Below are positions 44,336 through 52,200 of a stretch of 64,000 bases of DNA, piece after piece. Under the pieces are notes generated by a model. It made no database searches and had not been told where the DNA came from. It was given only the letters and a program-made list of their open reading frames with translations. Each line of letters starts with the position of its first letter. Positions within the stretch are counted from its first letter, which is position 1. The translations under genes were made by a program, and so were the position numbers. The stretch is from an uncultured Candidatus Saccharibacteria bacterium (GTDB lineage Bacteria > Patescibacteriota > Saccharimonadia > Saccharimonadales > JAGQNJ01): the NCBI GenBank assembly GCA_965231045.1, contig OZ246406.1:706208-770207 (forward strand), read 5' to 3'.

Positions 44336-45246
44336 TTATTTCGCTCGTCGGTGAAAATAGCTTTTTGCTAAAAAACGAACTCGATAAACTGACTGCTGAG
44401 TTTGTTGCTCAGCATGGAGATTTAGCGCTTCAAAAAATTGATGGTAGCGAAATGGACTACGAGCATATTAAGGATGCCCTACTCAGTGCGCCGTTTTTAG
44501 CCACAAATAAAATGGTTGTTGTTTCGTCACCTGAATCAAATAAGCAACTGCTTGAAAATATAGAACACATTTTTAATTCGATACCAGAAACCACCGATGT
44601 TATTTTTGTTGTTCCAAAGCCTGATAAACGTTCAAAATTCTATAAGCAACTGCAAAAACAGACTGAGCTTAGGTTGTTTGATGCGGTGGATGCTAATAGT
44701 CTTGGTAAATGGCTAGTTGACTATGCCAAAAATGCTGGTGGATCACTTAGTTTGGCAGATGCGAACTATTTGGTGAACCGACTGGGAGTGAACCAGGCAG
44801 TTCTTAGTAGTGAAGTGGATAAATTACTTCTCAATAACCTGACAATTAATCGAGAAATGATTGATGAACAGACTGAGCCGAACCCACAAAGCACAGTGTT
44901 TGAATTGTTGGATGCAAGTTTTGCTGGAAATCATAAAAAGGCCATGACTTTATACGAAGAGCAGAGGCGATTAAAAGTAGAGCCGCTGGCAATTTTGGGA
45001 ATGATTGCTTGGCAACTCCATATTTTGGCAGTTGTGGCGACCGCCAAAGACAAGAACCCAGGTGAAATAGCTAAAGAGGCCAAGATCCATCCTTTTGTAG
45101 TCAACAAAAGCAAACAGACCCTAAGAAATATTTCATTTCCTCAACTCAAAGACCTAGTCAGTCGAGCACTAAAGCTGGACATTTCACTAAAAAGCCAGTC
45201 AATTAATGCCGATGATGCACTAAGACATTTCTTGCTAAGTATTTAG
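44332..45246 (+). CDS. holA: DNA polymerase III delta subunit
   Basis: The N-terminus IISLVGENSFLLKNELDKL is typical of HolA. About 300 aa, convergent with rpsT (the common holA/rpsT arrangement). ATGA overlap with the upstream gene. Confidence 0.75.
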   Translation: MIISLVGENSFLLKNELDKLTAEFVAQHGDLALQKIDGSEMDYEHIKDALLSAPFLATNKMVVVSSPESNKQLLENIEHIFNSIPETTDVIFVVPKPDKRSKFYKQLQKQTELRLFDAVDANSLGKWLVDYAKNAGGSLSLADANYLVNRLGVNQAVLSSEVDKLLLNNLTINREMIDEQTEPNPQSTVFELLDASFAGNHKKAMTLYEEQRRLKVEPLAILGMIAWQLHILAVVATAKDKNPGEIAKEAKIHPFVVNKSKQTLRNISFPQLKDLVSRALKLDISLKSQSINADDALRHFLLSI

Positions 45247-45249
45247 GAC

Positions 45250-45588
45250 TTATTTTTTCTTAGCAGCTGGCTTTTTGGCAGCAGGTTTTTTAGCAGGTGC
45301 TTTGGCGGCAGTTTTCTTGGCAATACCGGTGTTCGCAGCTTTGGCAGCTTTTGCTAATTGGCGCTTTTTACGAGCAGCTTTGTTCTTGTGAATAACATTT
45401 TTCTTAAGTGCTTTATCGATGTTACTTTGAGCTTTACTTAAGTTAGAGGTGGCTTTCTTTTTGTCGCCAGAAAGGGAAGCCTGAAAAGCTTTTACAGCAC
45501 TTTTTAGTGAGCGCTTAGTTTTACGGTTACGAGCAGTAGCTTTGTCGCTAACACGAACTCGTTTTTTAGCTGATTTGATAATTGGCAT
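45250..45588 (-). CDS. rpsT: 30S ribosomal protein S20 with Ala/Lys-rich C-terminal extension
   Basis: MPIIKSAKKRVRVSDKATARNRKTKRSLKSAVK and the tail AKKTAAKAPAKKPAAKKPAAKKK. Confidence 0.93.
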   Translation of the reverse strand: MPIIKSAKKRVRVSDKATARNRKTKRSLKSAVKAFQASLSGDKKKATSNLSKAQSNIDKALKKNVIHKNKAARKKRQLAKAAKAANTGIAKKTAAKAPAKKPAAKKPAAKKK

Positions 45589-45752
45589 TAATCGTTCCTT
45601 AATTAGTGATGTTGTAATCGAAAGTAAACTATACCGTGTTGCCCCTGTTTTGTAAAGGGATTATAAACCGAGGGGCGTTTTAGGGTAGATTTCTCTAGAC
45701 AAAAGATAAGCGTTATGGTATTTTTTAAGTTAAGTACTAAAAACACAAAAAA

Positions 45753-47663
45753 ATGGATCAAAACATAAAACAGCAAATAGTTGAAAGCATTAATGGCACA
45801 ACCAATGTCTTGGTTACTGTTAGTAGCAACCCTACAGTTGATGAATTAGCTGCCTGTATCGGTTTAACGCTGGTACTTAATAAGCTTGGTAAGCACGCTA
45901 CAGCAGTATTCAGTGGCAAAGTTCCATCAACTATCGAGTTCTTAAAACCAGATGAGACTCTTGAGACAAACACCGATAGTTTGAGAGATTTCATAATTGC
46001 TCTTGATAAAAGTAAGGCCGATAAACTTCGTTACAAGGTTGAAGATTCGGTCGTTAAGATTTTTATTACTCCGTATAAAACTTCAATCGGTCAAAAAGAT
46101 CTTGAATTTAGCCAAGGTGACTTTAATGTTGATGTTGTTTTGGCGCTTGGAGTACATACTCGTGAAGAATTAGACCGAGCAATTACAGCGCACGGCCGAA
46201 TTTTGCATGATGCTACGGTGATTTGTGTTAATCATGATCAGGTAAGTAATTTGGGGGTCTACAATTGGCAAGACGCACAAGCCAGCAGCCTGTGTGAAAT
46301 GGTTGTTGATCTATCAGAAACCTTACAACCAGATAACTTTGATGCGCAAACTGCTACGGCACTTTTGACGGGTATAGTTGCCGAAACAGCACGTTTCAGT
46401 AATGACAAAACAAGCCCACGAACTATGAGTTTAGCTGCAAAACTAATGGCCGCTGGTGCAAACCAGCAATTGGTTGCCTCAAAACTGCAGACAGACCTAG
46501 ATAAAAGCCAAGTTGCTATGAAATCCGAAGAGGAAGTAGCCGATGAGACTGACGATGACGGCACATTGCACATTGCCCACAGTGGCAAAAAAGATGAAGA
46601 AGATGAGTTAGTTGATTTAACCCCAGATGATAATAATGAAGAAGACTTTTTGCAGCCAAAAGGGGAGCCAGTAGAGGAAGAACCACTTGAAAAACCTGAA
46701 GAGCCACGTCATGAAAAACGTGTTGAGCCTGACGAGGGCGCTCTAGAACCAGAGGCAGAACAGCCAACACTACCTGAAGTTTCAGCCACCGAAGAAGCCA
46801 CTGAGCCAAGTGAACAACCTACTTCTTCTATTTCGGATGTAAAAAGCCTTGAGGAAAATGCACCAAAAGCTCCACAACTTCCAAACGAACCAGTAATGAA
46901 GCCAAGTAATTCGAAGATTTCTTATGAGCCGCCAATGATGGGCGGAACCTTAACTGCCAACTCACGACCAGAACCTCTTGAACCGCCTACAGACGGGTTG
47001 AGTTTGCCATCGCCTGTAAATGCGCCTATTTTGAATCATAATACGCCTAAAGTCGGGCAATCACAGCCAGAGCCAGAATCAACCCCAGCTCCACAACCAC
47101 AACCAAATCCACTAGATGATTTTGATCCAAACAAGCCACTTATTGATGAAGAAACAGTTTCACATATCGAAAAATCGGTAGGTAGTGATCATGTACAAGC
47201 TGATACACCTCAAGCCAATCTAGATGAATTACGTAATGCAGTCGATGACGCAACCAGAAGTGCTGATGACAATAGGCTTGAGCCACTTGCGAGTGCCGGC
47301 TCAACACCACTTGATATGAACGTTCAAGATCATGCAAGTTCAACGACACCTCCACCATTGCCTCAGCCACCAGTTGGCTCTGTGCCAAGTGCTAGTGACA
47401 TTATGGGAAGTGTTGCCCAAACAGATAATCTTAGCCCGATGACGCAACCACAAATGGCTCAGCCGGATTTACCTACTCAGTTAGTACCTCCAGAGCAGGG
47501 GCTACCTCCCGAGCAAACAGCCAGTAGCACGCCGCAACCACTAGGCCCACCACCACCGGTGCCACCACCAATGCCAATGCCTCCAGTTAATGGGTTCCCA
47601 ACTCAGCCTCCAGCTGGCCCTCAACCGCCACAACCTCCATACCCACCAGCACCAGGCCAATAA
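45753..47663 (+). CDS. degenerate DHH (NrnA-like) domain protein with a long acidic/proline-rich disordered C-terminal region
   Basis: The N-terminal ~250 aa align by eye with NrnA: SSNPTVDELAA vs H..PD.DA.GS, IIALDKS vs ..CD.., ICVNHDQ vs IDHH, LLTGIVAETARF vs .AGIVGDTGRF. There is no DHHA1/GGGH domain. Residues ~250-636 are E/P/Q-rich and end PPPPVPPPMPMPP... Confidence 0.6.
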   Translation: MDQNIKQQIVESINGTTNVLVTVSSNPTVDELAACIGLTLVLNKLGKHATAVFSGKVPSTIEFLKPDETLETNTDSLRDFIIALDKSKADKLRYKVEDSVVKIFITPYKTSIGQKDLEFSQGDFNVDVVLALGVHTREELDRAITAHGRILHDATVICVNHDQVSNLGVYNWQDAQASSLCEMVVDLSETLQPDNFDAQTATALLTGIVAETARFSNDKTSPRTMSLAAKLMAAGANQQLVASKLQTDLDKSQVAMKSEEEVADETDDDGTLHIAHSGKKDEEDELVDLTPDDNNEEDFLQPKGEPVEEEPLEKPEEPRHEKRVEPDEGALEPEAEQPTLPEVSATEEATEPSEQPTSSISDVKSLEENAPKAPQLPNEPVMKPSNSKISYEPPMMGGTLTANSRPEPLEPPTDGLSLPSPVNAPILNHNTPKVGQSQPEPESTPAPQPQPNPLDDFDPNKPLIDEETVSHIEKSVGSDHVQADTPQANLDELRNAVDDATRSADDNRLEPLASAGSTPLDMNVQDHASSTTPPPLPQPPVGSVPSASDIMGSVAQTDNLSPMTQPQMAQPDLPTQLVPPEQGLPPEQTASSTPQPLGPPPPVPPPMPMPPVNGFPTQPPAGPQPPQPPYPPAPGQ

Positions 47664-47683
47664 TCTTGATATAATGCCTTGCC

Positions 47684-48367
47684 ATGGATGGCTTGCTATT
47701 AGTAGACAAACCAAAAGATTGGACTTCATTTGATGTGGTAGCCAAAGTTCGTGGCACTCTAAAAAAATCGGGTATATCTAAGCCGAAAGTAGGACATACA
47801 GGCACTCTGGACCCTCAAGCTACTGGTTTATTGGTTCTGACCCTTGGAAGTTACTGCAAACGAGCTGGAGAGTTCAGTAAACTAGATAAAGTCTACGAAG
47901 TAGAACTAACTTTGGGTAAAACTAGTACTACTGATGATAGTGAGGGTGAGATTACTAAAATTTCTGACAACAAGCCGTCAAGCAGTGAGGTTGAGGAAGC
48001 AATAAATGCCTTTTTGGGTGAGATTCAACAGACACCCCCAGCTTTTAGTGCCATTAAAGTAGATGGCAAACGCGCTTATAAACTTGCTAGAGAAGGCAAA
48101 GAGGTAAAATTAGAACCCCGAACAGTTACGATACACAAAATAACAGATATAAATTACAGCTACCCAAAGGTAACTTTTGCCACTGAAGTTTCGAGCGGGA
48201 CCTATATCCGTTCATTGGCACGCGATATTGGTGAAAAACTCGGAATAGGTGCCTACATGAGTGACCTTAGGCGAACAAAAGTAGGTGATTTTGATCTGTC
48301 GCGCGCAATTTCAACCACAGACCTAACGATTGAAAGCATTCGAAACAACCTAATTGACAAAAAGTAA
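47684..48367 (+). CDS. truB: tRNA pseudouridine(55) synthase
   Basis: GLLLVDKPKDWTSFDVV and GHTGTLDPQATGLLVL. Confidence 0.95.
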   Translation: MDGLLLVDKPKDWTSFDVVAKVRGTLKKSGISKPKVGHTGTLDPQATGLLVLTLGSYCKRAGEFSKLDKVYEVELTLGKTSTTDDSEGEITKISDNKPSSSEVEEAINAFLGEIQQTPPAFSAIKVDGKRAYKLAREGKEVKLEPRTVTIHKITDINYSYPKVTFATEVSSGTYIRSLARDIGEKLGIGAYMSDLRRTKVGDFDLSRAISTTDLTIESIRNNLIDKK

Positions 48368-48408
48368 TAAAACAAGTATAATTGTATCAATAATTATTGA
48401 GGTTATTG

Positions 48409-48654
48409 ATGCGAAATACAGTTTCCAGGCGAGTTTCTAAGCTCAGCGTTGAAATCAGTAAAAGAAGCCGAGAATTGGCTAAGTTACAGCGTGATCGTGA
48501 ACAACTTATGATCAAAAATAAGTACGATGTAACTAAAACTCCATCTGACATTGATTTTTCATATGATGTCATCGAGGAATTAACTAACGATAAGTCAGTA
48601 GCAACTAGGCAAACTCGACCTAAAGTTCAAGATATTCGTCGAGTAATCCGTTAA
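48409..48654 (+). CDS. small basic hypothetical protein
   Basis: ATG 48409 with GAGG upstream. 81 aa, predicted coiled-coil, between truB and rpsO. Confidence 0.5.
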   Translation: MRNTVSRRVSKLSVEISKRSRELAKLQRDREQLMIKNKYDVTKTPSDIDFSYDVIEELTNDKSVATRQTRPKVQDIRRVIR

Positions 48655-48717
48655 TTAGCAAATTGCACACATTAATTAGACGAAACATACTTAAAATATT
48701 CAGACAGGGTAAAAACC

Positions 48718-48746
48718 TTGCTCAACAGGGATAAGTGTGATAGAAT
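48718..48746 (+). promoter_or_regulatory. rpsO promoter
   Basis: TTGCTC (48718-48723), 17 nt, TGaTAGAAT (-10 at 48741-48746). The ATG at 48756 is 9 nt downstream. Confidence 0.55.
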
Positions 48747-48755
48747 TGGTACCTA

Positions 48756-49022
48756 ATGATAACAGCTGAGAAAAAACAGGCCGTAATCGGCGATCTTGCT
48801 AAGCATAAAAAAGACAGTGGTAGTGCCGCTGTTCAAGTTGGTATTTTGACCAAGCGAATCGATGAAGTTACTGTTCATCTTAAGAAGAACAAGCATGACT
48901 TGATGGCTCGTCGCGGTCTTTTACAAATGGTTGGGAAGCGCAAGCGACTTCTTAAATACATTGCTAAGCAAGATTCAAACGAATATCTAACTCTGATTAA
49001 GAAATTAGGACTTCGTCGCTAA
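48756..49022 (+). CDS. rpsO: 30S ribosomal protein S15
   Basis: DSGSAAVQVGILTKRI..VT.HLKKNKHDLMARRGLLQMVGKRKRLLKY. Confidence 0.95.
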   Translation: MITAEKKQAVIGDLAKHKKDSGSAAVQVGILTKRIDEVTVHLKKNKHDLMARRGLLQMVGKRKRLLKYIAKQDSNEYLTLIKKLGLRR

Positions 49023-49037
49023 TCTGCCCAGACTCTT

Positions 49038-49055
49038 TCCGCTCATAAAAGCGGA
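49038..49055 (+). terminator. weak hairpin after rpsO, at the start of the pnp leader
   Basis: TCCGCT (49038-49043) pairs with AGCGGA (49050-49055) around a 6-nt loop, with no clear U-tract. It is followed by a ~150-nt leader before pnp. Confidence 0.3.
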
Positions 49056-49206
49056 CTAAGCTTGTGCACATTAACAACAACAGATGTCCTTTAAAGGCAT
49101 ACATCGTCATAAGAGCCTCAGATATATGGTAAGAAAACGCACAAGAACCGTATATTTGCACCCTTATGATGATCAACTACTCAAGGACAGGAAGGATAAA
49201 TAGATT

Positions 49207-51339
49207 ATGGGACAAACCATAAATCCATTTGGTAAGAAGATTATAAAAGTAGAAACCGAGTTTTGTGGTAAACCACTGAGCTTAGAGGTTGGACGTTTGG
49301 GTTTTAGAACCTCAGCATCAGTTTTGGTGCGCTACGGAGATACTGTAGTACTCGGAACAGCTATGGTAAGTAATAAAACTGCCCAAGGTTTCGATTATTT
49401 TCCACTTAGTATCGACTATGAGGAAAAAATGTATGCAGCTGGTAAAATCAGCGGCTCTCGCTTCATTAAAAGAGAAGGCCGACCTAGTGATGATGCTGTT
49501 TTGATCGGTCGTTTGATCGATCGTCCAATTCGACCATTGTGGCCAAAAGGCTATCGCTACGAAGTACAAGGTGTCGCAACCGTACTAAGTATGGACCCCG
49601 ATTTTCGACCTGATGCTATTGCTATGATTGCCATGAGCGCAGCCTTTATGCTGAGTGGTGCGCCATTTGATGGCCCAGTTGCTGGTGTCCGAATTGGTAT
49701 GGTTGATGGTAAGCCAAAAGCCTTTGCCACCCCTGAAGAATTAGAAAAAGGTCCACTAGATATCGTAGTTGCCGGTACAAAAGACGGCATTATGATGGTA
49801 GAAGCTGGTGCTAGCGAAGTATCAGAAGATGATGTAGCGGCAGCTCTGGAATACGGACACAAAGTTATTCAACCAGCTATTAAGCTTCAACAAGAACTTG
49901 TTGAAAAAGTTGGGGTTTCACCACAAGAGTACGAGCTAACTTTGCCGGATACAGATATTCAGCAACGAGTTGAAACTTGGTTAGAAGGCAAACTTGGTGT
50001 TGGTATTCGTGCCCCATATCCTGAGCGCAATGACCTTATTCAAAAATTACGCGAGGACATGCAAGCTCACTTTACTGCAGAAATTGGCGAAGAAGCTTAT
50101 AACGAGCTAAAGAACGAATACGATGATGCCTTTGTACTGGCAACCCACAAGGATGTTCGAAAGGGTATTATCGAGGATAATATTCGACCAGACGGCCGAA
50201 AGCTGGATGAAATTCGACCACTCTCTAGTGAAGTTGGTGTTTTGCCTAGGGTCCACGGATCAAGTATTTTCACTCGCGGCATGACACAAGCTCTAAACAT
50301 AGTGACATTAGCTCCCATGAGCTATGCCCAAATTGTTGATACCATGGAGCGCGAAGGCGAGCGACGATATTTGCATCATTACAATGCCCCTGGCTACACC
50401 GTAGGTGAAGTTCGTCGTCTTGGTAGCCCCGGCCGACGTGAAATTGGTCACGGTTACTTAGCCGAACGGGCTCTAACGGCTGTTTTGCCTGACGAAGCTG
50501 ATTTCCCATACACAATCCGATCAGTTACAGAGATCATGAGCCAAAACGGCTCAACTAGTATGGCGGCTACATGTTCAAGCTGTTTAGCTCTTATGGATGC
50601 CGGCGTGCCACTTAAGCGACCAGTTAGCGGTATTGCTATGGGTCTAATGATGGATGGCGACAAGCCATATGTGCTTAGTGACATTGCTGATGCTGAAGAC
50701 TTTGCCGGTGATATGGACTTTAAGGTTACAGGAACCGAAAAGGGTATTACAGCGCTTCAAATGGACATGAAAGTTCACGGCTTGCCAGTTGATGTGCTCA
50801 AAAAGGCTTTACTACAAGGTAAAGAAGGCCGAGCTCATATCCTGGATCACATGCTCAGTACAATTTCTAGCCCACGCAAAGATCTTAGTAAATATGCTCC
50901 ACAGGTTGAGGCGATTAAGATCAACCCAGATAAGATTCGCGATGTTATTGGTAAGGGTGGGGAAACGATCAATAAGATCATCGCTGATACAGGTGCCGAA
51001 ATTGACATCAAAGACGATGGAACGGTCATGATTGCCAGTCCAGACAAAGAAAGCATCGACAAAGCGATTAACTGGGTTAAGCAACTTACCGCCGAACCTG
51101 AAGTCGGTGCAATTTACGAGAATTGTCGGGTAGTTTCTGTACTAGATTTTGGTGCATTCGTTGAGATTATGCCAGGTCACGAAGGCTTAGTGCATGTTTC
51201 AGAAATGAGTGAAGAACGAGTCAACAAACCAAGTGATGTAGTTAAAGAAGGCGACAAAGTAACCGTAAAACTAGTTGCTATTGATGAGCGAGGACGGCTA
51301 AACTTAAGCATGAAGGCTGCTGCTCGCGAGCGAAAATAA
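49207..51339 (+). CDS. pnp: polyribonucleotide nucleotidyltransferase (PNPase)
   Basis: Two RNase PH domains, a KH domain (IGKGGETINKI) and an S1 domain (GAFVEIMPGHEGLVHVSE). rpsO-pnp synteny. Confidence 0.97.
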   Translation: MGQTINPFGKKIIKVETEFCGKPLSLEVGRLGFRTSASVLVRYGDTVVLGTAMVSNKTAQGFDYFPLSIDYEEKMYAAGKISGSRFIKREGRPSDDAVLIGRLIDRPIRPLWPKGYRYEVQGVATVLSMDPDFRPDAIAMIAMSAAFMLSGAPFDGPVAGVRIGMVDGKPKAFATPEELEKGPLDIVVAGTKDGIMMVEAGASEVSEDDVAAALEYGHKVIQPAIKLQQELVEKVGVSPQEYELTLPDTDIQQRVETWLEGKLGVGIRAPYPERNDLIQKLREDMQAHFTAEIGEEAYNELKNEYDDAFVLATHKDVRKGIIEDNIRPDGRKLDEIRPLSSEVGVLPRVHGSSIFTRGMTQALNIVTLAPMSYAQIVDTMEREGERRYLHHYNAPGYTVGEVRRLGSPGRREIGHGYLAERALTAVLPDEADFPYTIRSVTEIMSQNGSTSMAATCSSCLALMDAGVPLKRPVSGIAMGLMMDGDKPYVLSDIADAEDFAGDMDFKVTGTEKGITALQMDMKVHGLPVDVLKKALLQGKEGRAHILDHMLSTISSPRKDLSKYAPQVEAIKINPDKIRDVIGKGGETINKIIADTGAEIDIKDDGTVMIASPDKESIDKAINWVKQLTAEPEVGAIYENCRVVSVLDFGAFVEIMPGHEGLVHVSEMSEERVNKPSDVVKEGDKVTVKLVAIDERGRLNLSMKAAARERK

Positions 51340-51350
51340 AGGACGAAGAT

Positions 51351-51602
51351 ATGGCCACAAAAAAACCTGCCACCAGACAAGAAAAGATCCAGCATTTTTG
51401 GGATCAACCAGTTAGTTATTTCTTGTCTGCAACATTGCTTTGGATTGTGGCTTATGTAATGTTCTCGCTGGCTGTCGACAGCGGCAGTATACTGCAATGG
51501 CTTATTACTATCTTTGCACTCATTCGGGGTTTCGTACGATTTACTCAAGGATTTAAAAGATTACTTTCATTGAAATATGGCAAAAGACGACAAACAAGTT
51601 AA
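51351..51602 (+). CDS. small membrane protein
   Basis: 83 aa with two hydrophobic segments. It overlaps the UDG start. Confidence 0.5.
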   Translation: MATKKPATRQEKIQHFWDQPVSYFLSATLLWIVAYVMFSLAVDSGSILQWLITIFALIRGFVRFTQGFKRLLSLKYGKRRQTS

Positions 51603-52146
51603 GCTAGATAAACTCAAGCAGCAGATTTTGGACGAAAAAATTTGTCCTGATCTTGCTGCTTCGGCTACGCAGTTAGTATTTGGTGATGGCAATATTGATG
51701 CTGAGCTAGTATTTATCGGCGAAGCCCCAGGCAAGAACGAAGATATCCAGGGGAAACCTTTTGTTGGCGCAGCAGGTAAGTTCCTAAACGAAATGCTCGA
51801 TATGATCGGCCTTAATCGTGAAGATGTCTACATCACCAATATTGTTAAGTATCGACCACCGAACAATCGTGATCCGCTACCAGAAGAAAAAACTGCTTTT
51901 TTGCCATTTTTGATGGCCCAGTTAGCAGCAATTAAACCAAAACTTGTGATAACCCTTGGTCGTCACAGTCTTAATTGCTTCTTACCGGACCTATCAATTA
52001 GTGCTGTGCATGGCCAGCCGAAACGTTACCAAGGACAGGTATTCCTACCTTTGTTTCACCCGGCTGCAGCACTTTATAACGGTTCTATGCGCCAGACATT
52101 AATAGATGATTTTGCGAAAATTCCCGCAATTCTGGCAAAGATTTAA
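51577..52146 (+). CDS. uracil-DNA glycosylase, family 4-like
   Basis: FIGEAPGKNEDIQGKPFVGAAGKFLNEML and HPAA. Only 2 Cys are present, where family-4 enzymes usually carry 4 Fe-S ligands. Confidence 0.85.
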   Translation: MAKDDKQVKLDKLKQQILDEKICPDLAASATQLVFGDGNIDAELVFIGEAPGKNEDIQGKPFVGAAGKFLNEMLDMIGLNREDVYITNIVKYRPPNNRDPLPEEKTAFLPFLMAQLAAIKPKLVITLGRHSLNCFLPDLSISAVHGQPKRYQGQVFLPLFHPAAALYNGSMRQTLIDDFAKIPAILAKI

Positions 52147-52200
52147 CATTATAGGAACTTAATTTCTCTTAAACAAATTAGAAAGGAGAATAACAAATAT

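Noticed and set aside
46500-47729. Several minus-strand ORFs (46516-46809, 47140-47388, 47541-47729, 47587-47805) and apparent nucleotide repetitiveness.
   Set aside because: They are artefacts of the CCA/CCT-rich proline/glutamate-coding tail of ORF 45753-47663. The minus-frame translations are Trp/His/Leu/Gln-rich nonsense.
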